DNA of 64,000 bases, from NCBI RefSeq assembly GCF_963921235.1, contig NC_086097.1, positions 217,188,001 through 217,252,000 of the forward strand. The letters are read 5' to 3'. The position numbers and the translations under genes are program-made. The notes under the pieces were generated by a model that was given only the letters and a program-made list of their open reading frames with translations, had not been told where the DNA came from and ran no database searches. How positions within the stretch are numbered: the stretch's first letter is position 1; the number at the start of each line of letters is the position of its first letter. Source of the DNA: Mobula hypostoma (Eukaryota). Positions 50,501-61,540 of this stretch are shown in pieces.

Positions 50501-53500
50501 ACAGTTCTTCCCAAGTCTTACTCAAACAGAGTCCTAGGATAGCAATCCAGAAGGTTCCAAAAATCCACAGGAACAGGTACAGGTGTCTGTGAGGGAGAGC
50601 TCATAAATCCACCCTAAGACGACACAAGGTGACAGTCACAGAAGATCCGGAAGTCAAGTAGTCGTCACTGAAATACTAGAGTCCGTGCAGGGGTAACAAA
50701 GTGATGCCTAAGTTCCAAAATCCCCATAGGGATATCACAAGGTGACAGTTATGGAATATTCTGTAACACAAGTGGTCGCCACGTAATACACTGGAATCCA
50801 TGTACAAATTAACAAAAAGTGGTCGCCACAGGATACTCCAGAAATCCCAAGTACGGATCCTACAAAGTGACAGTCACGTATCCAATATGCACTGCGTGCC
50901 GCTAATTATCACAATCTTCTGGACGTGGAGAAGTACTAGACTCGCCCACTGCTGTAGCGAACTCTTCAACTCACTCCACCCAGCTCACTCTCCTGCTGGT
51001 AGCTCGCAGTCCCCTGTCCCTTAACTGCCGAATGTTCCAGCAACCTCTCCACATTTTGTTAATGACGTCATCCAACCGCTTCGTCCAGGCGCCTAAAATG
51101 ATGCTTACGGGGTTAAAAAAAAAGTTGACATGTAACAAATGTCATGTAGTTTTGTCTTTACAGGGAATCACGGCTTAGGAACAATTGCTTAAGATAACAA
51201 TTACATTTATTAAAAAATATTTGTTTTCAGGAAAAGAACTGGGATACATAATGACACTTGTTCACAGTGCTAATCACTGCCTGCTACCAATTACAATCAA
51301 TAGGTCAGCATGTTTCCCCGTATATATGATGTATAAACTCTTCTCAGGCTTCCTGCCAGGTACAGGTATCAATTATAACCAACGTTTCAATTACAAACTC
51401 TGCCATCGTCTTCAGGGATGATGCCTGGGGATGTCTAGTGAGGACAGACTATAGGGGGGTGTAAATACCACTGGACTAGACATGCCCAGGCATCATCCCT
51501 GAAGAAGATAACAGAGTTTGTCATCATAACATTGGTTATACTAAATATCTGTACTTGACTGGAAGTCTGCGAAGTTTATTCGAATAGGTCAGCATACTTA
51601 TTCGAAAAACTAGCTGGTCCCACCTGATCCCCTGCAGAAACAAAAAATCATGAGTTAGCACAACTAATTCCTAAAGTTCAGATTTCTCGATTTCCTCCAA
51701 CTTGAAAATGGTTGCATTGCACCTTAAAGATAATTAATATATATTGGAGTCTATAGTTTGCGTCTCTGTGTTTGATTTATTTTATGTTCCAATCTAATCC
51801 TCACAGAACTTCTTCCTTAGTTTACTGTGTGATGTACATTGTTAAATTTTTAACTGGTTATTGTAAATGTTTTCATGAAAATTATATAGTTGTTACACTT
51901 TGTATATATATTCCAGGTCTGAATTTATTGACAATTGTTTTACTTGTGGAGTACAATCTTAGCCCAGGTGTGAATTACACAATGCTTTTTAAACATTAAT
52001 TTCTCTTTAAATCTGCTAGTGCTGTCCAAAATGCTGATGACCTTGAGGCAAGATTCAACATGCACCTTGCAAGTGTTTTTGCAGGGATTGGATTTGGAAA
52101 CGCTGGTGTTCATCTCTGGTAAGCAGTCATGAGCCATGAAGCTCCAAATGTTTCATTTAAGTAAGATGAAAAATGTAATGCTTTAGAATCTTATAAAGTG
52201 ATTTAGCTGTTACTTTTCCTCCATAAGGTAGCTGATGCCAAACTATTGAAGCCACAAGCTGCTGACCAACTGGGTGAAAGAATTCTCACCATCATTTTGG
52301 TCCCCTAATCTGAGGAAAGACATCTTTGCCATAGAGGGAGTACAAAGAAGGTTCACCAGATTGATTCCTGGAACGGCAGGACTTTCAAATGAAGAAAGAC
52401 TGGATGAATTGGGCTTGTACTCGTTGGAATTTAGAAGATTGAAGGGGGATCTGATTGAAACGTATAAGATCCTAAAGGGATTGGACAGGCTAGATGCAGG
52501 AAGATTGTTCCCGATGTTGGGGAAGTCCAGAACGAGGGGTCACAGTTTGAGGATAGAGGGGAAGCCTTTTAGGACCGAGATTAGGAAAAACTTCTTCACA
52601 CAGAGAGTGGTGAATCTGTGGAATTCTCTGCCACAGGAAACTGTTGAGGCCAGTTCATTGGCTATATTTAAGAGGGAGTTAGATATGGCCCTTGTGGCTA
52701 CGGGGGTCAGGGGGTATGGAGGGAAGGCTGGGGCGGGGTTCTGAATTGGATGATCAGCCATGATCATAATAAATGGCGGTGCAGGCTCGAAGGGTCGAAT
52801 GGCCTACTCCTGCACCTATTTTCTATGTTTCTATGTAAATGTGCCTGTTCACAACTGCTCCACACAATCTGCCTGAATGGAGCACCACAAAGAACTTATA
52901 GAAAAAATCTAATACTGTATAAGAAATCAAATGCAGGTTCTTAATGAGGGGTCTTCTCCTTTAAGGCTACGCATACATGCTACGTTGTCCTTTGCTCTTA
53001 TTGCTAGATTACAGTTGCACATAGGTGGAGACAGTATTTTGAAACTTGTCATGTCTGTTGTTTTCCTTTTGTGAGCCTGGATCATGTAATAATAACAGTT
53101 GTGAGAAAATCTGGGTCAAGTCCAATCCAATCCTTACCCAACATTCATTCACATACAGGTTTCAACCAGGTCTCCAAGTAACAATTAGTTAGAGAAAACC
53201 TAGTCACGTTTACTCTTCCAGAGTTTCAGAGATGGTTATTTGAATGCTGTGATCACTTAACACGGAATCAAGTAACTTGGCCAGAAATACAAGATGAAGT
53301 AACCTTCCCCAGTAAGTTTCTAGAAGCTCAGGCATGCAAGTTCTAACCATGATTTTAATTGCCAATACAAGTGTGTGATGAATAATAATCCTGTATCTTC
53401 CTGATATAAGATTATACTGTTCCATTTCTCCCAAAGGTGAAATGCTGCCTGTCACATCTAGCTTTGAGAAAACAATTCATGCACCGTGAAATTAATTATA

Positions 53501-56500
53501 AACAAATACTGTACATCTGAACTACTTTACTAGTACTTTTAAACTGGTAATAGTTTTGCCCTGGACTCCCAGATGAAATAGACCGTCATCTATCAAATCT
53601 CTTCATAGTTCTCTGCTTTCTCTGCTCCAATGCCATAATCTAAAGGCTATCTTTATCTTTATAGTTTTCTATTCCAGGCTACATCCTCTTGAGTTTATGC
53701 ACTTAATGATTTTAATTTCCTTTCTGTAATTATCTTAGGGAAAACTTGGGAGGATTAAATCTAAAATGTATAATATATGTGGCAAACGTTTGACTGTACA
53801 CCCAATGCGTGAGGCAACCTTACTTAACATTTTGCCTGTTCCATCATAGATTTGCTTCCCTAAAGTAAACTTAAAATACATGAATATGTGTTTTAACATC
53901 AACAAACATAGTATAACTACAGCCCTACTTTCAAGGAAATGCTCATTTGGAGACTCTGAGTCTGGATTTATCCTCTGCATCTATACTCCCAATCTTTCTT
54001 TTTTTCTCCCATATCGCAACACACTACAAATATCTGCATGTTTACAAAATTCAAGACTTTTTTGTCGGAAACAGTTTGGGATTATGCTCAACACCCACAA
54101 AGCCATGGAGGAACCTTGCAAGTTGAACAGCATCAATGGAGAGGAATAAACAGATGATTCAGGGATGGACGAAAGATCTCAGCCCAAAACATATTTCTCT
54201 CCATAGATGCCGCCTTGCTTGCTGAGTTTCTCCAGCACTTTGTGTGCATTGGTCAAGATTTCCAGCATTAATAGAACCTCTTCTATTTAGGGTTATGCTC
54301 TTTTCGGTCCAGTGTCTCAGTCCACTAAGAGCGAGGTCCAAGTTACAGCCCTTCGCATCGTTATCACATCCAATTTTCTTTCACATTCATTAACTAATGT
54401 TCTATCTAGATGAGAACATTTACTCTTTAACAGCTGGAAATTTTCTACAACTATCTTACAGGGGATTTTGTCCAAGGCCTTGTGAAAATCCACACATACT
54501 ACATCTATCCATTCCATCCTTATATCAATGTAGACATCACTACTTTAAAAAAAACTTTAAATTGGTTTTACACATGTTCCTTATAACAAATCTATGAAGA
54601 TACTCAGTAATGGTTTTGATATGCTCAAGAATTTTTACCCATAATTTACGATTCTGTTGGTTTTGTTATGAGATTTGTCAAATTACACAGGATTTTCACA
54701 ATTCCAGTCACAAGTAGACAAAGATGTTGACTTAGACTGTATGTTTGATCTTCCTTTCCTAGCCATGGAATGTCCTATCCAGTGGCAGGATTGGTGAAAA
54801 CCTTTAAAGCCGAAGATTACAATGTGGATCATCCTTTGGTGGTATGTACAGGTTTTGAATTGTACACACAGTTCAGCTGTCCACATTAGTTCACATGACA
54901 ACCAGTTTTAAATGCTATGCAATTCCTTTTCGGTTTTACCCAGTTCTATGCACTGGAGATCACTTCTGGGTGAATTGACCCTGAAGTGAAATTGGGCCAG
55001 ACATTTTCCTGAATAATTCATTCAGACATCAAATATCTGATGTTTTCCTGGTGTTAAGCGCAGCCCAAATGATGTCTTTATTCACAATCCATAAATTTCA
55101 GCCTGCACCTACATATCTTGGTACTGTGACCATTATGGAACAATCTCATTAGAACCAGGAGCAAATAGTGCCAGTTTGTTGCCCTTTTAACTATAAAGGG
55201 AGTATTTCACTAACAGGCCTGACTGAGCACCTTTAGAAGTGACCAAGCTGCTTAAAGACTCCACAAGGTTTTGCAACAAAACAGTGAGCGTTTATTTTTC
55301 CAGCATTTAACCGGAAATCAATGGGTGCCACAATATTCCATTAATGGAGGCCGCATTAAGGCCATGGCCAGTCACTCGGGGTGTGTCGGGCTCCTGGGAT
55401 AGGAAAAATAGATATGTGTGCCTGAACAGAGAACCTGCTTCCAAACAAAGTCTTCAGAGACACCATATCCTATTTGGACCTGATCAATGAACAATACATT
55501 TATGGACTTGGGTTTTTCAATGATGTGACATTCCGTTGTCATATCTGAACTGCTTACTCCATGGGAGTCACAGTTATATTGACTTTCAATTTCCAAGGCA
55601 CAGCAAGTCTCTGCTGCATCTTCCAAATTGCTGCTCACTCTTGCAGAAGTGAAATCACTCACACAGGCTTTACGTTACTAAAGAAACTCTTGTGGCCATG
55701 TGGTGCCTGCAGACACTTTAGTGTTGTTGCTTATTACAGCAAATAATAGAGGTAACGATCCCAATAAAACTTACTCTTTCAGAGGAAGTGAACATCCCTC
55801 CCAACTAACAGCAGTATCTATGTTGTATCTAAAGTCATACTAAATGATTCACTGTTTGGTAAAGTTTCATATATTCAACAATCTACTGTGATTTCAGTGA
55901 GGAACAGGTGGCGTGCCAGACAGTAGGGTGTGCCAACATTGCTGTCTACCCATGAACCCAGGTGGCCACTGGTATTGGTTTATTATTGTCACCTGTACCA
56001 AGATACAGAGAAAAGCTTGTCTTGCATACAGATCAAATCATTTAGATTATTAGATTACATTATATTTTTAACAGCAGGAATATATAGACTAAGGGAGGAT
56101 ATCTTGATATGGATGTTTAAATAGAGCTTTGTAGAGGGATTTATGCTACTCTTACATAACTGTGATGTTCTCAATTGCAGCCACATGGCCTTTCTGTCGT
56201 TCTGACCTCTCCTGCAGTCTTCACTTTCACAAGCCCCATGTGTCCTGAACGCCATTTGGAAGCAGCTGAGATACTAGGTAGGAGTCTGACTCTTCAGCTT
56301 CCTCACAATTGAGAGTGAATTTATGGATCAGTCCTTTAATTTCCTCTCAAAACTATCATTTCACAATACAGTTACAAAGACAATTTTATGAATAATGAAC
56401 CAAAGCTGAAATCTGATCTGTCTTTTACATGAGCCACCATTGATTATTTTGTTATTATGTTTGTTCATTAATTGTGACTAAAGGAATAAACTAAATGGCC

Positions 56501-58388
56501 GAAGCTTCATCCCCTTTTATTGAAATGATGCTGCATTTCTCATGCCAGATTATCTGATACCACCGGGCAGTACATTCCTCTCCACATAGTCTGTGGTGTC
56601 ATACAAATAAAGCATTGTGGTTCTATAATTTTTCACATTATTGCCCACATAAACTGCATAGTCATTGGATTAATTGGTAATTTTTGTGTAGTTTCAGATG
56701 AATTTTACATATATTGGAATCCCGTGTAAAGTATTGTGCATGCATAACATGATTTTCTTCTGATCCTGCAAACTCTGCATCTCTTTCAGGAGCTGACACG
56801 AAGACCGTGAAGCGTGAAGATGCAGGCTTAGTTCTGGCCGATACGCTTCGGAATTTCTTGTTTGAACTGCACGTTGAAGATGGGCTGAGTGCAGTTGGTT
56901 ACACTAATGAAGATATTCCAGCTTTAGTCAAAGGAACACTGCCTCAGGTCTGCAGTAACATTAATAAAGAGTTTTACAGGACTATTATTCATTAAAATTA
57001 TTAAACAAAATAAGTTGAGCTAAAATCAAGAACAAAAGTAAATAAAAAGTGGAATACTTCTATTTTAAGTTTTGTTAGTCATGCAAAGAAAATCAGTGTT
57101 GTGTAACTCTTTGCTATGATATTAAATGATAGGCAGTTGTACTGAACATTTAGATAAAAGTGGGAAAGGGTTTGCTTTGCTGCCATGAATCATCACAAGA
57201 TAGATCAGTGGCACAAGAGGATCCAGGGATAAAGGAAATAAATAACCTTTTTACAACCAAATGTTTTGCCGCAATGAAGGGTAATGTAAAGCAAGATTAA
57301 ACCAAACAAAAATATGTTTGGATTCTTCAATGTAGATGCAAGTCTTCTGCAGCAAGTGTTCTTTCTATGCCATATAGTTTCCATTAAAGAGAGAAAAATT
57401 GGTACCGGTAATTTGTTGGCCGCATGATTGCTCCTAAAAGGAAAGAATGGAGCATTGGACCAATTTCTGGAAAGTGGGCAAGCTATCCATGGGAAGTGAA
57501 GTGAAATGACACAATTCTTATTGAAAGATAAATCAACTGGAATGGAAAATTTAAAATTTAAATGGCAAGTGGTACAGAATATATTTAAAAATAGAATGGG
57601 TGATGTATAAAATGGGTGAATGGAAATAAAAGGCTTCATTGAAATAAGTATCAGAATATCTGGCTAGATTTTTCCTTCTTCCATAAGGATGCAAGTTACA
57701 ATTATTTCACCTAATCAAGGAGGAAAAATCAGTTAACAATAGACTAGTTGGTCCAATATTAGCTCTCATCAAATTCTTAGAAAAACATCAATGAGTTCTC
57801 ATTAGTGCAGAGGCTAATCAAGGGTTGTATTGGAGAAATAAATCCAGTCAAGGGATAGAGAGACTAACTTCAGTCTTCAACTCTTCATAGCTTCAAATTA
57901 TACCAACCCCTGGAATACCTTAATTATTCAGACTTACCTAAATGAACTGCTGTTACATAATACTCATAACCCAACTGTCTTGAGGAAATAATAGCCTTGG
58001 AGGCAAGGAATGGGTTGTATTGATAATGAAACATCAGGTATTTACACTAATGTTGCAATTTTCATTTGAGCAGAGACTATCTTTCATTTCAGTCTTCAGC
58101 ACACTTGCAATAAATAACTTGGGACAAAATTCCTCAGTTGAAGTTTGATTTTGAGGCTAGGATGCCATCACTCTCATCATATTTTTCCTTTATAACATTG
58201 TCTACCATCAATCTCATTGTTCTGTTACATTGAGAATGTGTACTGGAAAATAATGCCTTTGAATATTTTAAAATGATAATAACTTTTCTGTTGATCTGTT
58301 TTAGGAAAGGGTAACAAAACTGTCACCAAGGCCTCAGACAGAGGAAGACCTGGCAAATTTGTTTGAGTCCTCTATGAAAATGTATTGA
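26253..58388 (+). CDS. ADHFE1: Hydroxyacid-oxoacid transhydrogenase, mitochondrial (iron-containing ADH family), 14 coding exons, 464 aa
   Basis: Exons join in frame at GT-AG sites (1395 nt). The protein is colinear with vertebrate ADHFE1: [40 protein letters not shown], ending SMKMY. Confidence 0.97.
27193..27440 (+). mobile_element. Short CR1 3' end (same family as 36301-38060)
   Basis: [31 protein letters not shown] and a TTCTATGT tail. Confidence 0.85.
27600..27920 (+). mobile_element. Penelope terminal repeat with the best-preserved hammerhead-like core
   Basis: CAGTC-CTGACGA-AGGCTTCTGGCCC-GAAA-CGTC-GAC at 27791-27826. Confidence 0.75.
29579..30385 (-). mobile_element. CR1 3' fragment
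   Basis: [12 protein letters not shown]...[20 protein letters not shown] with tail. Confidence 0.88.
30607..30644 (+). CDS. ADHFE1: ADHFE1 exon 2
   Basis: [15 protein letters not shown] acceptor, GTAAGA donor. Confidence 0.93.
30665..32010 (-). mobile_element. Decayed CR1 RT fragment (same family as 4279-5957)
   Basis: [25 protein letters not shown] and KFADDT, with frameshifts. Confidence 0.88.
32214..32257 (+). CDS. ADHFE1: ADHFE1 exon 3
   Basis: [18 protein letters not shown] acceptor, GTACAT donor. Confidence 0.9.
32407..32460 (+). CDS. ADHFE1: ADHFE1 exon 4
   Basis: [21 protein letters not shown] acceptor, GTAAGG donor. Confidence 0.95.
32565..33560 (-). mobile_element. Rex/Babar LINE 3' part
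   Basis: [38 protein letters not shown], and a (CTGATT) tail. Confidence 0.8.
33982..35617 (+). mobile_element. 5'-truncated young CR1 (near-identical to 96-4278) with an intact RT frame
   Basis: The protein almost matches the C-terminal half of the 188-3208 ORF2, and the TTTCTATG tail is the same. Confidence 0.95.
36301..38060 (-). mobile_element. 5'-truncated CR1 of a second young family, with one frameshift in RT
   Basis: ORFs 37290-38093 and 36364-37365 give contiguous RT ([22 protein letters not shown]). Confidence 0.93.
38678..38832 (+). CDS. ADHFE1: ADHFE1 exon 5
   Basis: [18 protein letters not shown]...VRVEPTD; TAG acceptor, GTAAGC donor. Confidence 0.95.
39553..41202 (-). mobile_element. 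pogo-family (POGK-like) DNA transposon, decayed
   Basis: TIRs CCGTAAATTCTGGTGTATAAGCCGA and TCGGTTTATACACCAGAATTTACAGG with adjacent TA. Brinker-type DBD ([10 protein letters not shown]...[11 protein letters not shown]) and DDE pieces ([21 protein letters not shown]). Confidence 0.88.
41320..41921 (+). mobile_element. Decayed CR1 3' end
   Basis: TTTAGAACAGAGATGCGGAGAAATTACTTTAGTCAGAGGGTGG segment and a CCTATATCTTATG tail. Confidence 0.7.
42420..43985 (-). mobile_element. Rex/Babar LINE, decayed
   Basis: [42 protein letters not shown]. Confidence 0.82.
44985..45181 (+). CDS. ADHFE1: ADHFE1 exon 6
   Basis: FKEAI...[13 protein letters not shown]...PLIA; TAG acceptor, GTGAGC donor. Confidence 0.96.
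45570..46360 (-). mobile_element. Two adjacent decayed V-SINE copies (about 45570-45850 and 46080-46360)
   Basis: Reverse V-domain GTGGGAGGAAACCGGAGCACC at about 46217 and tRNA-like heads. Confidence 0.55.
46799..46876 (+). CDS. ADHFE1: ADHFE1 exon 7
   Basis: [28 protein letters not shown] acceptor, GTACAA donor. Confidence 0.95.
47925..48030 (+). CDS. ADHFE1: ADHFE1 exon 8
   Basis: [18 protein letters not shown]...SGFDVL; CAG acceptor, GTAAGA donor. Confidence 0.95.
48545..48810 (+). mobile_element. Penelope terminal-repeat remnant
   Basis: GGTCCTGAAGAAAGGTCTCAGCCCAAAATGTCAAC...TAGATGCTGCCTGATCTGCTGAGTTCCTCCAGC. Confidence 0.7.
48925..49736. mobile_element. Tigger/pogo-like non-autonomous element (MITE)
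   Basis: 22-bp TIRs CAGTGG(A/T)TTCCAGTTAATTGGG (one mismatch), with a TA duplication on both sides. Confidence 0.88.
50144..50296 (+). CDS. ADHFE1: ADHFE1 exon 9
   Basis: [11 protein letters not shown]...[12 protein letters not shown]...VAKYIK; CAG acceptor, GTAATG donor. Confidence 0.96.
50385..51137 (-). mobile_element. Possible solo LTR
   Basis: TGTTA...TAACA termini and internal repeats (ACAAGGTGACAGT, AAGTGGTCGCCAC). No convincing TSD. Confidence 0.4.
51312..51582. mobile_element. Palindromic insertion, probably Penelope-derived, with a 13-bp TSD
   Basis: AATAGGTCAGCAT at 51299-51311 and 51583-51595. Inverted arms at about 51333-51439 and 51475-51579. Confidence 0.8.
52020..52118 (+). 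CDS. ADHFE1: ADHFE1 exon 10
   Basis: [11 protein letters not shown]...[15 protein letters not shown] acceptor, GTAAGC donor. Confidence 0.96.
52295..52836 (+). mobile_element. Short 3' copy of the young CR1 family
   Basis: Near-identical to the 3' 540 bp of the 96-4278 element, with the same tail. Confidence 0.93.
54100..54290 (-). mobile_element. Degenerate Penelope terminal-repeat remnants
   Basis: TCTCAGCCCAAAAC...CCATAGATGCCGCC...GCTGAGTTTCTCCAGCAC, preceded by a degenerate inverse copy. Confidence 0.5.
54763..54841 (+). CDS. ADHFE1: ADHFE1 exon 11
   Basis: [29 protein letters not shown] acceptor, GTATGT donor. Confidence 0.96.
56181..56277 (+). CDS. ADHFE1: ADHFE1 exon 12
   Basis: [16 protein letters not shown]...[14 protein letters not shown] acceptor, GTAGGA donor. 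Confidence 0.96.
56790..56947 (+). CDS. ADHFE1: ADHFE1 exon 13
   Basis: [20 protein letters not shown]...[11 protein letters not shown] acceptor, GTCTGC donor. Confidence 0.95.
58305..58388 (+). CDS. ADHFE1: ADHFE1 exon 14 (last coding exon)
   Basis: [27 protein letters not shown] then stop. Confidence 0.96.
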   Translation, partial: ERVTKLSPRPQTEEDLANLFESSMKMY

Positions 58389-58754
58389 CCTCCAAGCATA
58401 AATACAGAATTCAAAACTACTTCACAAAGAGAACTCACTGAACAAAGATACTGCTGTCTGGTATACCAACATGTCAAAGTGTTACTTAAATATGTTACTA
58501 TAAACACTGTAAGCTTGTGAAATGTTACTTTTCTGAGTGTCACCAATTGTTAATTAGGTTACTCTCCTGTAATGGTTCCCAGCACAATCCCTGAATCAGT
58601 GGAAGGGAAAATGAGTATATAGTTTCATCTGCTACTGCTAATTTTCCCAAGCTGAAAATTACACACTACATTGTGTTCAGTTCCGGACAGGACACATTAG
58701 GTCAAGAAACAGGGGAGATTTAGTAGAACATGACCAGAAGATGGGTTTCAATTA

Positions 58755-59480
58755 TAGAAACATAGAAAAACCTAAAGCCCAATACAGGCCCTTCGGCCCA
58801 CAAAGCTATGCCTAACATGTCCTTACCTTAAAAATTACCTTGGCTTTACCCATGGCCCTCTATTTTTCTAAGCTCCATGTACCTATCCAGGAGTCTCTTA
58901 AAAGACCCTGTCCTATCTGCCTCCACCACTGTCGCCAGCAGCCCATTCCACACACTCACCACTCTCTGCATAAAAAAAACTTACCCCTGACATCTCCTCT
59001 GTACCTACTTCCAAGCACCTTAAAACTGTGCCCTCTTGTGCTAGCCATTTCAGCCCTGGGAAAAAGCCTCTGACTATCCACATGATCAATGCCTCTCATC
59101 ATCTTGTACACCTCTGTCAGGTCACCTCTCATCCGCCGTTGCTCCAAGGAGAAAAGGCCGAGTTCATTCACCCTATTCTCATAAGACATGAATTCAGGCA
59201 ACATCCTTGTAAATCTCCTCTGCACCCTTTCGATGGTTTCCACATCCTTCCTGTAGTGAGGCAACCAGAACTGAGCACAGTACTCTAAGTGGGGTCTCAC
59301 CAGGGTCCTATAGGGCTCTCAGCTCTTAAACTCCATCCCACGATTGATGAAGGCCAGTGCACCATATGCCGCCTTAACCACAGAGTCAACTTGCACAGCA
59401 GCTTTGAATGTCCTATGGACTCAGACCCCAAGATCCCTCTGATTATCCACACTGCCAAGAGCCTTACCATTAATACTATT
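58755..59480 (-). mobile_element. CR1 3' fragment downstream of the ADHFE1 stop
   Basis: [18 protein letters not shown]...RGDLTEVYK with tail. Confidence 0.88.
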
Positions 59481-59905
59481 TTTATAATGGACTATTTAAT
59501 ATAATTGACAGTCTGGAGACATTAGGATTATTCTTACAGCTGAAAAGGTTGACATTCAATACAGGTTTTCAAAATAATGAGAGGTTTTAATTGAGTGACT
59601 AAGTTAAAGTTGTTTATACAGGCTCATAAGTTAGTCCCTAACCAGATATTATTGTTTTAAGATTGTTGTTAAAAGAGCAGAGAGAAGTTGAGAAGAATCC
59701 CCCCCCCCCCATGCAGGATTTGTAAGACATTATCAGCAATGGGCAAGAGAAATGTAACTGTGAACGATAATCAGTAAAGCAAATGCTCACAAGAATTCAT
59801 AGGAGGTTGTGTGTTCAGTACAGCTGTGACAATGAGAATGTTTGCACTGGTGTGAGATTCTTTGCATTTCTTAATCCTTTATTCTAAGAATGATCTCATG
59901 GCTGG

Positions 59906-60044
59906 AATAAATACCTATGCCTACATGAAAATTTTTTAACATTATCACAGGGGACTTTTAATATAGAGATTGCACTTGTGTAAACACCAAGTGTCAATAC
60001 TCCTGTTTTGGTGTAATTTTTAAATGGAAAATAATATAAATAAA
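59906..60044 (+). terminator. Candidate ADHFE1 polyadenylation signals
   Basis: The first canonical AATAAA hexamers I found after the stop, at 59906 and 60039. Confidence 0.4.
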
Positions 60045-60779
60045 CTTGCTTTACCATCAAAACATTAGTTATGATTGTATCGATTGTTCAACTGTAGCTG
60101 ATAAATAATCCCAATGTTCATATGCTGTTACATTTATAAAAGCTTGCAGTTTGAGAAATTTTGTCAGTATACAATCTGTGAAGATCTGATGACGTTAAAC
60201 TATTTTGAAGTTCTACCCATATTGTATTTCACTATCCCCAACATTTAGATTGATGTTTCCACATGACACAGCATCACTGTTGCCTGAATAGCATTTTATA
60301 CTAGCTTTGCTGATTATAGTGTAATTGCCTTTTAACAGTTGTTAAACGTTTGAGAAACTAATTGTAAATTGTTAACCCATATTTCAAAGTACCTACTTTT
60401 TAAAAAAATGTTTATAATATCTGATCCATCTTAATCCCTTGTTCTGATGTTTATTTTAATTTCTTTAATATGTTTTTAAAAAAGCACTTTTCACTTCTGG
60501 CTTAGCCACCTATTGAAATACTTCAACCTGGTTTCTGCACAGTTTGCCTGCTTGTGAACACCTTCAAACAAATAACTCGCTTTGTTAAAGGCATCTTAGA
60601 ACTATAAAATGTCCCCAGCAATTTTCTGGGATTTGAACTTCTGACTCTGGGGTAATTTAACACCAACCAGAGATTTAACACATGGGTTATAACAGGGGTG
60701 AGGCCACAACATGGACATCAAATCACTTAAAAGAGATAAGAGAGCTACCTGATCAAACAGGGAGATCACAGCATGCACC

Positions 60780-61540
60780 TTCGTTAATGAGTATTATTGT
60801 CACATGCATTGAGATACTGTAAAAAGCTTGTCTTGCCCATCATTCATACAAATCAATTCATTATAACAGTATAATAAAGTGTTGCAATTACAGACAATAA
60901 GGTGCAAGGTCAATGGTGTAGTTAAAAATTTATCTTATACTAAGAACAATCATAACAACAGATAGAAGCTATCCTTAAGCTTGTTGGTACACACTTTCAA
61001 GGGAGAAGAGAAAATGTTTGGGATATTTATGCTGGATACTTTACCAAGACAGTGAGAAATACAGACAGGAGTCCATGGAGAGAAGGCTGGTTTCCATGAC
61101 TTGCTGAGCCATGTCCACAACTCCACAGTTTTCTGTGGTCACAGGCACAGCATTTGCCATATGAAGGCATGATGTACCCGAACAGGATGCTTTCTATGGA
61201 ACATCAATAAACATTGACAAAGGTCAAAGGGGACACGACAAACACCTTTCGCCTTCTCAGGAATTAGAGGCACTGGTGAGCCTTCCTGGCTATGGTGTCA
61301 AAGAGGCTGGATCAAGACAAGCTATTGGTGATATTCACTCCTTGGAACTGGAAGCTCTGGACCCTCTTGATCTCAGCATATTGATGCAAACAACAGAACA
61401 TGTACTGTCCCCCTTCCTGGTCAATAATCACTCTTTCGCTGACATTGAGAGAAAAGCTGGTGTCATGACACCATGTCACTAGGCTCCCTATTCCTTCCTG
61501 TAGCCCAACTCATTTGTGATACAGCCCACTACAGTTCAGC
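60780..61540 (-). mobile_element. Highly decayed Rex/Babar LINE remnant
   Basis: CAGGATGCTTTCTATGG (ESILF-like) and other segments resemble the other Rex copies. Confidence 0.45.
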
